Source: Candidatus Levybacteria bacterium RIFCSPLOWO2_01_FULL_42_15 (GTDB lineage Bacteria > Patescibacteriota > Microgenomatia > Levybacterales > UBA12049). From it: a DNA stretch of 64,000 nucleotides. The stretch spans positions 18,593 to 82,592 of the forward strand of contig MFOZ01000019.1 of the NCBI GenBank assembly GCA_001784055.1. The letters run 5' to 3'. Positions 18,847 through 26,999 of the stretch are shown here, piece by piece. The translations under genes and the position numbers were made by a program. The notes below the pieces were generated by a model that ran no database searches, was not told the DNA's origin, and worked only from the letters and a program-made list of their open reading frames with translations. Numbering within the stretch: the stretch's first letter is position 1; each line of letters opens with the position of its first letter.

Positions 18847-21300
18847 ATGCTTAATATAAAACAAGGTATAAAAAATCATAAAATTATTATTGCAATGGCG
18901 CTCGTTCTCTTTTCTATCCCTTTCTTTTGGCTAAAGCCGGGAGAAATAGATATGGGAGGAGACGGGGGAAGTCTGTATTTTTATGATCCTATTAATTTCA
19001 TAAAGCACTCTGCCATATTCGAAAGTCTTCCATTTGGGACAGGAGTAATAGATACGCAATTTTATTACTTGCCTTTCGTAACTCTCATCACGCTTCTAAA
19101 AATTTTTTTGTCATCGCATCTTTTAAGCATTCTGCATAATAGTACGAAGTTGGTTGTTGGTTTTCTTTCCATATATGGCATTATGAAAGTGTTGCTTTCT
19201 TTCTCAAGGGAGAAAAATGCTCTTTTACGAGAAAAATTTAAAAAAATAGAAATCGTTAGCATTCTTACAGGTATTTTTTATATATTTTTACCGGTACTTA
19301 CGATGGATGATAGGTATGTTAATCCTCTGTCAATCCATGACCAGGTATTTTTAAATCCTCTTATATTTTATCTGATGTTAAAGTTTATTCTTACAGAAAA
19401 ATGGAAATATCTCGTAATTGCATTAGGGGTTAGTCTGATTCTTTCTCATAATTTTTATATTGCCTCTCCATCTCTTTATGCATTTTATCCTTTCGCGTTT
19501 TTATTTCTCGTTCTTTATGTCAGAATTATATTAAAAAGAACATTACCAATAAAAAGGATAATAGTAGGGGTAGTTTTCTTTATTTTTCTGCATTTTTTTC
19601 ATTTGTGGCCTGAGATAGCAAACTTATTTAATTCGGGGTCCAACATCAATGTTCGAATATTTAGCAAAGAAGCATACAAACAACAGACGCAGTATTTCTA
19701 CGGCGTTATTCATATTGCAAGTCTTGCAAAAAGCATACTTTTGCCTTCAATTTCAGGAGGCGCGTGGTTGATTTTTGTCTTCATTAGTCCCCTTATTATC
19801 TTATTAGGTTTTTTGAAGAACAGGTTTAGGTCAAGACTATTTTTGCTTACAGGATTATTTTTCTTAATTACGCTTTTTCTTATTTCGGCAAAAATTTCTT
19901 ACACGAGTATAAAACTGTACGAAATGTTTTTTTTATATATACCGGGATTTGGTATGTTTCGGAATTTTTATATCCAATGGATATATGTATTTGCATTTTT
20001 TTACACGCTTATGTTCGGACAAGCGCTTTATTTAATTTACTCCTCACTTGATAATAAAAAAGTTAATCTTATTTCTCTAATGTTGGCGATCTATCTTATT
20101 GGTAGCGCTTGGCTATTTATAAACGGTCATCAATTTAATCCTCCTTATGTTGATTCAGATAATGTGAGAAGACATCTCGTTATGGATCCCGAATATGAAA
20201 AGATGCTTGAGTTTATCCGAAATGTACCATATGATGGTAAATTACTTCAATTTCCCTTTAATGATTTTAATCATCAGGTTGTTCATGGAATAGGTGATGG
20301 TGCGTATATTGGCGCCACATCAATAGGACAACTTACGGGAGTTAAGGATTTTTCAGGTTATTGGCATACGGCTCCATATAGCCAGGCATTTCTTGAGTCA
20401 AGTAAAAAAAAGGATTACGAAACATTAATAAAAATCCTTGGGCTTTTAAATATCCGTTATATTTTTTATAATTCTGATCCAAGAGTTTACGATACTACTT
20501 TCACCGGCCGACCGTTTACTTACGTAAGGCAATTTCTTCCTTCGACTCAAAAGGATTATAAGGAGTTTATAAAACCATTGGTAGGGGAGAAACTGTTTGA
20601 AGCTGGTTCTTATAGTCTCTATTTAACAAAAAAAGAATCATATATTCCTCAGATGTATATTCCTAAAGTATCAATGGCTTACAAACACAATCCAAAGTAC
20701 GATAGGTATTATGAAGGAGCATCTTCCTTTATTTTAAATAATAAACAAGATGAGAAAAGAGTGGCTTATATAGAAAAGAACGATTGTAGCGGTAAGCCTT
20801 TCCTGCAAACCTTTTGTGAAAGAAATGTTTTCTATGAGGGAGCGATGCCAAAAATATATTTTAAAAAAATTAATCCAACAAAATATAAAGTTACAATTTC
20901 AGATATACAAAATCCATTCCTTTTAGTTTTTTCAGATACTTTTAATCGCAATTGGAAACTTTTTATTGGCAAAAACAATCCCTTAGAAGAATCCAACGCA
21001 AAAATATATTTCAATGGTGAGATTAGAGAGGAAAAGTCTGAGAATATTTTTATTGATAAAAAAACTTTTGAAACAATCGGATTGAAAAATATACCTGAAG
21101 AACAACATTTTTCCGTGAACGGTTTTGCAAATGCTTGGTATGTACATCCAAAAGATATTGATATGCAACGAGAGGCGACCTTTATAGTAGAGATGATTGA
21201 TCAGCGGTCATTTTATTCTGCGCTTCTGTTATCCTTGATTGCACTTTGTGGGTTTTTTATTTGGGGAATTGTCCTTCTTCTAAGAAAACTTTTAATTTAG
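18847..21300 (+). CDS. Large polytopic membrane protein (817 aa) with C-terminal extracytoplasmic domain and terminal TM anchor; putative GT-C glycosyltransferase
   Basis: More than 12 N-terminal hydrophobic helices, a roughly 350-aa hydrophilic domain, and a final TM helix (ALLLSLIALCGFFIWGIVLLL). This architecture resembles arabinofuranosyl/mannosyl GT-C enzymes. Confidence 0.45.
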   Translation: MLNIKQGIKNHKIIIAMALVLFSIPFFWLKPGEIDMGGDGGSLYFYDPINFIKHSAIFESLPFGTGVIDTQFYYLPFVTLITLLKIFLSSHLLSILHNSTKLVVGFLSIYGIMKVLLSFSREKNALLREKFKKIEIVSILTGIFYIFLPVLTMDDRYVNPLSIHDQVFLNPLIFYLMLKFILTEKWKYLVIALGVSLILSHNFYIASPSLYAFYPFAFLFLVLYVRIILKRTLPIKRIIVGVVFFIFLHFFHLWPEIANLFNSGSNINVRIFSKEAYKQQTQYFYGVIHIASLAKSILLPSISGGAWLIFVFISPLIILLGFLKNRFRSRLFLLTGLFFLITLFLISAKISYTSIKLYEMFFLYIPGFGMFRNFYIQWIYVFAFFYTLMFGQALYLIYSSLDNKKVNLISLMLAIYLIGSAWLFINGHQFNPPYVDSDNVRRHLVMDPEYEKMLEFIRNVPYDGKLLQFPFNDFNHQVVHGIGDGAYIGATSIGQLTGVKDFSGYWHTAPYSQAFLESSKKKDYETLIKILGLLNIRYIFYNSDPRVYDTTFTGRPFTYVRQFLPSTQKDYKEFIKPLVGEKLFEAGSYSLYLTKKESYIPQMYIPKVSMAYKHNPKYDRYYEGASSFILNNKQDEKRVAYIEKNDCSGKPFLQTFCERNVFYEGAMPKIYFKKINPTKYKVTISDIQNPFLLVFSDTFNRNWKLFIGKNNPLEESNAKIYFNGEIREEKSENIFIDKKTFETIGLKNIPEEQHFSVNGFANAWYVHPKDIDMQREATFIVEMIDQRSFYSALLLSLIALCGFFIWGIVLLLRKLLI

Positions 21301-21400
21301 ATTGACATCGTTTAAAAACTTTCTCTACGCTTGAGCGAATCATTCATTAGGTATGACTTCTCTTTCCTTATTAATGAATATAGTATATATGTAAATATTT

Positions 21401-21568
21401 ATGTCCGAAAAAATACCTTCAAGTAAAGTGTTTGCTTGGAAGAAAATTTTAGTCATGGGTGGCAGTGGGTTTGTTAGTAAGCATGTAGTAAGAAAATTAA
21501 AAGGAAGAGGCGTGAAGGAAAAAATCTATTGCAAGTTGATAGAAAAAAGGTATAATTGCAATAGTTAA
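21401..21568 (+). pseudogene. Remnant of an NAD-dependent epimerase/dehydratase gene (N-terminal Rossmann fragment, 55 codons)
   Basis: The ORF MSEKIPSSKVFAWKKILVMGGSGFVSKHVVRKLKGRG... carries the GxGxxG NAD-binding signature of SDR epimerases, then terminates after 55 codons. It lies in an otherwise non-coding gap. Confidence 0.4.
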
Positions 21569-21569
21569 T

Positions 21570-21941
21570 ATGGTAAAGATTGAAAATAAATTTGATGTGA
21601 TAAGTGTAAATAAAAGATTTCAAATCGCACTCCTATTGCTTTTTTTTGCCGGATTTATTTATGATGTGTTTTTCATAGTTCCTGCTTTTACCTTAGTATC
21701 GGATATACGGTTATTTTCGCTTTTATTGCTCTGGATTTTTCTTAGTAAAATATCGGGTTTTAACAGTATGGCAACACTGAAGGTGCTCGTGGGTTTCCTC
21801 TTGGTGATGTTCTTCCTCTTTATTTCTTCTCAAACAAATCCTGTTGTAGAAAGAGTAGGATCGTGGGTTTATATGTTTTTACTAATGGCAATTATTCAAC
21901 AGCTTTCTGAATCAAGAAAACGAGTCTCTCGACAAAAGTAA
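21570..21941 (+). CDS. Small polytopic membrane protein (123 aa), possible GtrA-like flippase partner of the downstream GtrB-like enzyme
   Basis: Three to four hydrophobic helices. Located immediately upstream of a GtrB/ArnC-like GT2. No recognisable motif, so positional inference only. Confidence 0.35.
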   Translation: MVKIENKFDVISVNKRFQIALLLLFFAGFIYDVFFIVPAFTLVSDIRLFSLLLLWIFLSKISGFNSMATLKVLVGFLLVMFFLFISSQTNPVVERVGSWVYMFLLMAIIQQLSESRKRVSRQK

Positions 21942-22006
21942 CATGGTTTTATCTTCTGAAAATGTAACTGCGAAATGGCACAATTCTAGAGCTATATAGC
22001 CTATAT

Positions 22007-22933
22007 ATGATAAGTGTTGTTATTTCAGTTTACAACGAGGCAGAAAGCTTACATATCTTTTATGAACATCTTATACAAATAATAAAAATCTTAGATGAGC
22101 CATATGAAATTATCTTTATTGATGATGGATCAACCGATGGATCGTTTGAACTACTAAAGCAAATAGCGCAGAAGGATCGCCATGTGAGATTTTTTTCATT
22201 TAGAAAAAATCAAGGGAAGGCAGAAGCTTTAACGTTGGGTTTTCAAAAAGCAAGGGGTGACTATATTGTCACTCTTGATGCGGATTTGCAGGATAAGCCT
22301 TCCGAAATTCCAAGGCTTTTAGAAAAGGTGGAAGAGGGATGGGATGTGGTGTGCGGGTGGAGGAAAAATCGTAGGGACTCTTTTTCTAAAGTTATTTCTT
22401 CAAAAATTTTTAATAAGATCGCCTCGTTTTTCTGGCAATTACAGCTTCATGATTATAACTGCGGCTTAAAAGCATACGCCAAAGATGCGGCAAAAAGTTT
22501 GCATCTATATGGGGGGATGCATCGATTCATTCCGCTTCTTGCATTCCAGAATGGTTTTCGTGTATGCGAAATTCCTGTAGTTCACCAAAAGAGAAGATAT
22601 GGGAAGTCGAAGTATGGATTTTCAAAAATTTTCAAAGATATTCCAGACATATTTACCATGCTTTTTTTAGTACGCTATAGTAGTAGACCGCTTCATTTTT
22701 TTGGAATGATTGGAGGAATTCTGCTCTTTATCGGATTTTCTATTTTAGGTTATCTTAGTATAATTTGGTTTCAGGGTGAGTCAATAGGAAGAAGACCCCT
22801 CTTGTTTTTGGGCATGCTTCTTGTCTTAGGCGGGTTTCAAGTTTTTTTTACAGGGTTTTTAGCAGATCTTATGATTAGCTTATTTAATAAAGGTAAACAG
22901 GAATTTCCCTTAAAATACTCAAACGGTGAGTAG
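22007..22933 (+). CDS. Polyprenyl-phosphate glycosyltransferase (GtrB/ArnC/Dpm1-like GT2 with two C-terminal TM helices)
   Basis: Motifs ISVVISVYNE, DDGSTDGS, LDADLQD. C-terminal pair of TM helices, characteristic of the Und-P-sugar synthase subfamily. Confidence 0.8.
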   Translation: MISVVISVYNEAESLHIFYEHLIQIIKILDEPYEIIFIDDGSTDGSFELLKQIAQKDRHVRFFSFRKNQGKAEALTLGFQKARGDYIVTLDADLQDKPSEIPRLLEKVEEGWDVVCGWRKNRRDSFSKVISSKIFNKIASFFWQLQLHDYNCGLKAYAKDAAKSLHLYGGMHRFIPLLAFQNGFRVCEIPVVHQKRRYGKSKYGFSKIFKDIPDIFTMLFLVRYSSRPLHFFGMIGGILLFIGFSILGYLSIIWFQGESIGRRPLLFLGMLLVLGGFQVFFTGFLADLMISLFNKGKQEFPLKYSNGE

Positions 22934-23518
22934 AAAAATAATCCATGGAAAGGGAAGCCTTATGGTTTTAATTTCAGCGTTTTGTTTCTTGATAAACCGT
23001 TGAAAAGAAAAAATAGTCCAGTGATTGATGTGTTCCGGATCGTTCCCAAAGCTCCTCACGTTTTTCCCTCTAAGAAAATTAGCCAGCATAAAAAACGGTT
23101 CGTTGGGAACAGACAGAAGAATATATTGCTTGGATACTCGAAGCACTTCTTTTAGTGCTTGATGGGGGTTTTTGAGATGCTCTAGGACTTCCGTACAAAT
23201 GACTAAATCAAACGAGGAACTTTGGTAAGGGAGATCATAAATACTAGCATGTTGAAGAGTAAGATTAGGAAATGTCTTTTTTCCAATCGAAAGAGCATCT
23301 TTTGAATAGTCAATTCCCTCAAATGTGTTTCCGATCTTTTTTTCTGCAAATTTTGCAAGCGTGAATCCTTCTCCGCATCCCACGTCCAATAGAGATGAAA
23401 CATCTAGTGGCTGTGCAAGATTAAGCATTGTTTGATAAAAATTTTCTATCAAGAAATGCTGGACTGGGTTTTGACTCATGTGTTTAAGATAATTGTTGGT
23501 AAGTTGAGTTTTGCTCAT
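22919..23518 (-). CDS. Class I SAM-dependent methyltransferase
   Basis: Motif I LLDVGCGEGF. Motif post-I DLVICTEVLEHLKNP. 199 aa. Confidence 0.75.
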   Translation of the reverse strand: MSKTQLTNNYLKHMSQNPVQHFLIENFYQTMLNLAQPLDVSSLLDVGCGEGFTLAKFAEKKIGNTFEGIDYSKDALSIGKKTFPNLTLQHASIYDLPYQSSSFDLVICTEVLEHLKNPHQALKEVLRVSKQYILLSVPNEPFFMLANFLRGKNVRSFGNDPEHINHWTIFSFQRFIKKQNAEIKTIRLPFPWIIFLLTV

Positions 23519-23558
23519 AGATTGGGTATGATCAGGATGTTTTCTATTATATACGAAA

Positions 23559-23780
23559 ATGAAGATTCAAGACATTGCCTTTTTTCTTGTTTTAGGAGTT
23601 CTTTTGTTTAAAAGGGACCCTAAATTTTTTGCGATTGCAGGTATCATAAGTCTTATTCTTGCGATTCCCCTTTTTTCTCTTTGGATATTTTTCACGGCTG
23701 AAAGACTTACGTGGTACGCTGCCGCTTTTTTTCTTGTTGCTATAATCTTTTATATACTTCAGCTTCAAAAAAGTAAATAG
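23559..23780 (+). CDS. Small membrane protein (2 TM), hypothetical
   Basis: Two hydrophobic helices. No homology recognised. Confidence 0.3.
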   Translation: MKIQDIAFFLVLGVLLFKRDPKFFAIAGIISLILAIPLFSLWIFFTAERLTWYAAAFFLVAIIFYILQLQKSK

Positions 23781-23781
23781 T

Positions 23782-24330
23782 ATGAAAATAGGAATTGATG
23801 TAAGCCAGCTGGTATATTCTAACACTGGAGTAGCAAACTACTTAGAGAACTTGGTTCAATGTTTGCTTAAGGTTGATAAGGAGAATGAGTACGTATTCTT
23901 CTTTTCCTCTTTAAGAAGAAAATTTCTAATTTCTAATTTCAAATTTTTAAATAAATCCCAATTTTTAAATCCCAAAATTAAGATAAATACATTTAAAATA
24001 CCGCCTGTTTTATTAGATTTCCTTTGGAATAGGTTGCATATTGTACCAATAGAGTGGTTTATTGGAGATGTTGATGTATTTATTTCCTCGGATTGGACGC
24101 AGCCACCTACTAAAAAAGCCAAAAAAGCGACGATTCTGTACGATCTTATTGTGCATAAATATCCCAATGAAACGGACAAAAAAATTGTAGATACGCAAAG
24201 AAGAAGACTTACGTGGGTGAAAAAAGAATGCGATGTGGTATTTTGTATATCGGAATCAACAAAAAAGGATGCGATGGAGATTCTGGGAATTGAGAAGAGA
24301 AAGCTAAAGGTTATTTATCCCGGGATTTAA
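23782..24330 (+). CDS. Truncated GT4-family glycosyltransferase paralog (N-terminal Rossmann domain only)
   Basis: MKIGIDVSQLVYSNTGVANY... aligns with the N-domain of the downstream full-length GT4 (MIIGIDGNEANVQRRVGISEY...). It ends at KVIYPGI, the linker VVTYPGV in the full-length copy. No C-domain follows in any frame. Confidence 0.5.
   Translation: MKIGIDVSQLVYSNTGVANYLENLVQCLLKVDKENEYVFFFSSLRRKFLISNFKFLNKSQFLNPKIKINTFKIPPVLLDFLWNRLHIVPIEWFIGDVDVFISSDWTQPPTKKAKKATILYDLIVHKYPNETDKKIVDTQRRRLTWVKKECDVVFCISESTKKDAMEILGIEKRKLKVIYPGI
23921..23948. repeat. Heptanucleotide tandem repeat (AATTTCT)2(AATTTCA)(AATTTTT) inside the truncated GT4 CDS
   Basis: Direct reading of sequence 23921-23948, followed by a second AAATCCCA duplication. 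Confidence 0.8.
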
Positions 24331-24366
24331 TAGACCATTGTTTAATTAATACATTGTTAAATTACT

Positions 24367-24373
24367 GGGGGGG
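24367..24373. repeat. Homopolymeric G7 tract in the ribosome-binding region of the full-length GT4
   Basis: ctGGGGGGGtaataaatATG, 9-15 nt upstream of the start at 24382. It is highly unusual in roughly 30% GC DNA. Confidence 0.8.
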
Positions 24374-24381
24374 TAATAAAT

Positions 24382-25566
24382 ATGATAATAGGTATTGATG
24401 GGAATGAGGCGAACGTACAGAGACGAGTAGGTATTTCGGAGTACGGCTTCGAACTTCTTAAGAATTTCAAATTTCAAATTTCAAATTTCAAATTTCAAAT
24501 TTACCTTAAAAAGCCTCCCTTGCCTCATATGCCTAAGGAACGAGACGGATGGCGATATAGAATTGTTCGGCCAGAAAAGTTATGGACGCAGATAGGTCTA
24601 CCGATCGATTTGTTCTTTCATAAGCCTCGTCCGGATGTGTTTTTTAGCCCCACGCATTACGCTCCTCGTTTTTCTCCTGTTAACTGCGCAATTTCAATCA
24701 TGGACGTATCGTATTTGCGTTTTCCTTCTCTGTTTAATGCGTCGGATTTGTATCAGCTCAAGAACTGGACCGCTTATTCGGTAAAAAAAGCAGTGAAAAT
24801 CTTTACCATAAGTAAATCAAGTAAAAATGATATAATAAAAGCGTATGGTGTGTCTGAAGAAAAAGTAGTGGTGACATACCCGGGAGTAAAATTCAAAAAT
24901 ATGGTTCGACAAACTCACCATCCTGAGCAAAGTCGAAGGACAATGCAAAATTCAAAAGTACTAGAGAAATACGGAGTTGATAGGAATTATGTTCTTTTTG
25001 TTGGGACGCTGCAACCAAGGAAGAACATTGAACGGCTCATCGAAGCCTTCAGCCTTGTTTGTCATCCTGAACTTGTTTCAGGATCTCAATCAAAACGAGA
25101 TTCTGACCTTCGTCAGAATGACATCCAACTTATAATCGTTGGCAAGAAAGGATGGCTGTACGAGGACATCCTAGAGGCGCCCAAAAAATTTGGAGTAGAA
25201 AATAGCGTCAAGTTTCTGGAGTTTGTTCCAGAAGAGGATCTTTCGAGCCTCTATCAAAATGCTCTTTTTTTTATTCTTCCCAGTTTATACGAAGGGTTTG
25301 GGTTGCCGGTGCTTGAGGCAATGAGCTACGGGTGTCCTGTAATAACCAGTAATGTGAGTAGTCTTCCTGAAGTAGGGGGAGATGCGGTTCTGTACGTAGA
25401 TCCGTTAAGTACAAGTGATATCTGTGAAAAAATGAGGATGATATTTTTGGATGAAAAGCTTCGCGCCGAACTTCAAAAAAAGGGATACGAGCAGGTTAAA
25501 AAGTTCAACTGGGAAAAAACAGCAAAACAGACACTTGATATTTTAGAAAATCTCGCGCAAAAATAA
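24382..25566 (+). CDS. GT4-family (glycosyl transferase group 1) glycosyltransferase
   Basis: N-domain MIIGIDGNE... C-domain motifs LFVGTLQPRKNIERLIEAF, FILPSLYEGFGLPVLEAMSYGCPVITSNVSSLPEV (E-x7-E). Confidence 0.85.
   Translation: MIIGIDGNEANVQRRVGISEYGFELLKNFKFQISNFKFQIYLKKPPLPHMPKERDGWRYRIVRPEKLWTQIGLPIDLFFHKPRPDVFFSPTHYAPRFSPVNCAISIMDVSYLRFPSLFNASDLYQLKNWTAYSVKKAVKIFTISKSSKNDIIKAYGVSEEKVVVTYPGVKFKNMVRQTHHPEQSRRTMQNSKVLEKYGVDRNYVLFVGTLQPRKNIERLIEAFSLVCHPELVSGSQSKRDSDLRQNDIQLIIVGKKGWLYEDILEAPKKFGVENSVKFLEFVPEEDLSSLYQNALFFILPSLYEGFGLPVLEAMSYGCPVITSNVSSLPEVGGDAVLYVDPLSTSDICEKMRMIFLDEKLRAELQKKGYEQVKKFNWEKTAKQTLDILENLAQK
24463..24504. repeat. Heptanucleotide tandem repeat (AATTTCA)x5 plus AATTTAC inside the GT4 CDS
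   Basis: Direct reading. Encodes NFKFQISNFKFQIY. The unit length is not a multiple of 3. Confidence 0.9.
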
Positions 25567-25569
25567 TCT

Positions 25570-26127
25570 ATGATACTGTTCAGAATAAAAAGAAGAATTA
25601 TGGCAATTCTTCTTGAGCTTGAAGTGATGTTTCTCCACGGAGTAGGCAATATTCCGTCTCATCATCTGCGAAGATTTTTTTATAGAGCCTGCGGTATAAA
25701 GATCGGTTGCGGGTCAACGATCCATACGGAGGCAAAATTCTACAACCCGTCAAATATACGGATAGGAGAAGATACAATCATAGGTGAAGGGGTTGTTCTT
25801 GATGGGAGAGAGAAACTATCTATTGGAAACCATGTCGCAATCGCCTCCGAAGTCATGATATATAATGCAGAGCATGATGTTCAAAGTGAAGATTTTCATG
25901 CAGTAATGGAGCCGGTTGTTATTGAGGATTATGTCTTTATTGGGCCGCGAGCGATTATTCTTCCGGGGGTTACGGTTAAAAAGGGAGCAATTATTGCGGC
26001 AGGAGCGGTGGTAACCAAAGATGTTGAGCCATTTGATATCGTTGCAGGCGTACCGGCAAAGCCAATCGGCAAACGCAATTTTAGCAATCCACAGTATCAA
26101 CTGGGAAGAGCTGCTTGGTTTCGATAA
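25570..26127 (+). CDS. Hexapeptide-repeat acyl/acetyltransferase (WbbJ-like)
   Basis: Left-handed beta-helix repeats ([15 protein letters not shown]...[13 protein letters not shown]; [25 protein letters not shown]). Confidence 0.7.
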   Translation: MILFRIKRRIMAILLELEVMFLHGVGNIPSHHLRRFFYRACGIKIGCGSTIHTEAKFYNPSNIRIGEDTIIGEGVVLDGREKLSIGNHVAIASEVMIYNAEHDVQSEDFHAVMEPVVIEDYVFIGPRAIILPGVTVKKGAIIAAGAVVTKDVEPFDIVAGVPAKPIGKRNFSNPQYQLGRAAWFR

Positions 26128-26999
26128 AGCGCATGGTAGACATATCAATTGTTATTGCAACTTTTAACACAAAAGACCTAACTCGTGCCTGTATTCATTC
26201 GATTATTTCTTCTTACCCAAAAGAATTCCGCGAAAAAAAGTTTGAAATCATTCTTGTTGATAACGCGTCAAGCGATGGGACGGCTGATGAGATTAAGGGT
26301 GAATTTGGGGATATAAACGTATTGCAAAACAAAACGAATGTCGGATTTGCAGCTGCGTGTAACCAAGGCGTAAAAGACGCAAAAGGAGCGTATTTTTTAT
26401 TCCTTAATTCCGACACAAGAACAACAAAGAAAAGCAACTTAAATGACTTAATTGATAAGATGAGAGAAAATACCACCATAGGGATAATTGGGGGTGCTCT
26501 TGTAAGTGAGGAAGGGTTAGTGCAGAAGTCTTATGGATCTTTTTATCATCTTTTGGAGCTCATTAAGGTCTTATTCACAGGGAAAAAGAAGGGGCGAGTT
26601 TTGTCTATAGAGTCTTTTGTCGATTGGGTGAGCGGGGGGTTTATGTTGACCAAAAAGAGCCTATTTCAAGCTCTTAACGGATTTGACGAGCATTTTTTTA
26701 TGTACTTGGAAGATATGGAGTTTTGCTACCGGGCTTCTCAAAAAGGACACAAGGTTTTATATGCTCCGTGGGCAAAAGTTTTTCATAAGGAACACGGAAG
26801 CTCAAGTAGATCGTTTGCCATTGGAGAAATTTATAAAGGCATTCTATACTTTTATAGAAAACATAAAAACGGATTTTTACTTATACTTGTAAAAGGGATG
26901 TTGTTATTAAAAGCTCTTGTTGCAATGGGAATTGGCGTTGTAAGCGGAAATAAATATCTTTTTTCTACATATAAAAACGTCCTTCGTTACGCATTATGA
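26115..26999 (+). CDS. Glycosyltransferase family 2 (rhamnosyltransferase/WbbL-like)
   Basis: [13 protein letters not shown]...[11 protein letters not shown]; LNSDT; [16 protein letters not shown]. The start could alternatively be the Met at 26133. Confidence 0.8.
   Translation: MVSIKRMVDISIVIATFNTKDLTRACIHSIISSYPKEFREKKFEIILVDNASSDGTADEIKGEFGDINVLQNKTNVGFAAACNQGVKDAKGAYFLFLNSDTRTTKKSNLNDLIDKMRENTTIGIIGGALVSEEGLVQKSYGSFYHLLELIKVLFTGKKKGRVLSIESFVDWVSGGFMLTKKSLFQALNGFDEHFFMYLEDMEFCYRASQKGHKVLYAPWAKVFHKEHGSSSRSFAIGEIYKGILYFYRKHKNGFLLILVKGMLLLKALVAMGIGVVSGNKYLFSTYKNVLRYAL

Noticed and set aside
24463-24504. CRISPR array or short tandem repeat locus
   Set aside because: The repeats are contiguous 7-mers without spacers and lie inside a coding sequence, so this is not a CRISPR architecture. 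No cas genes are present in the window.
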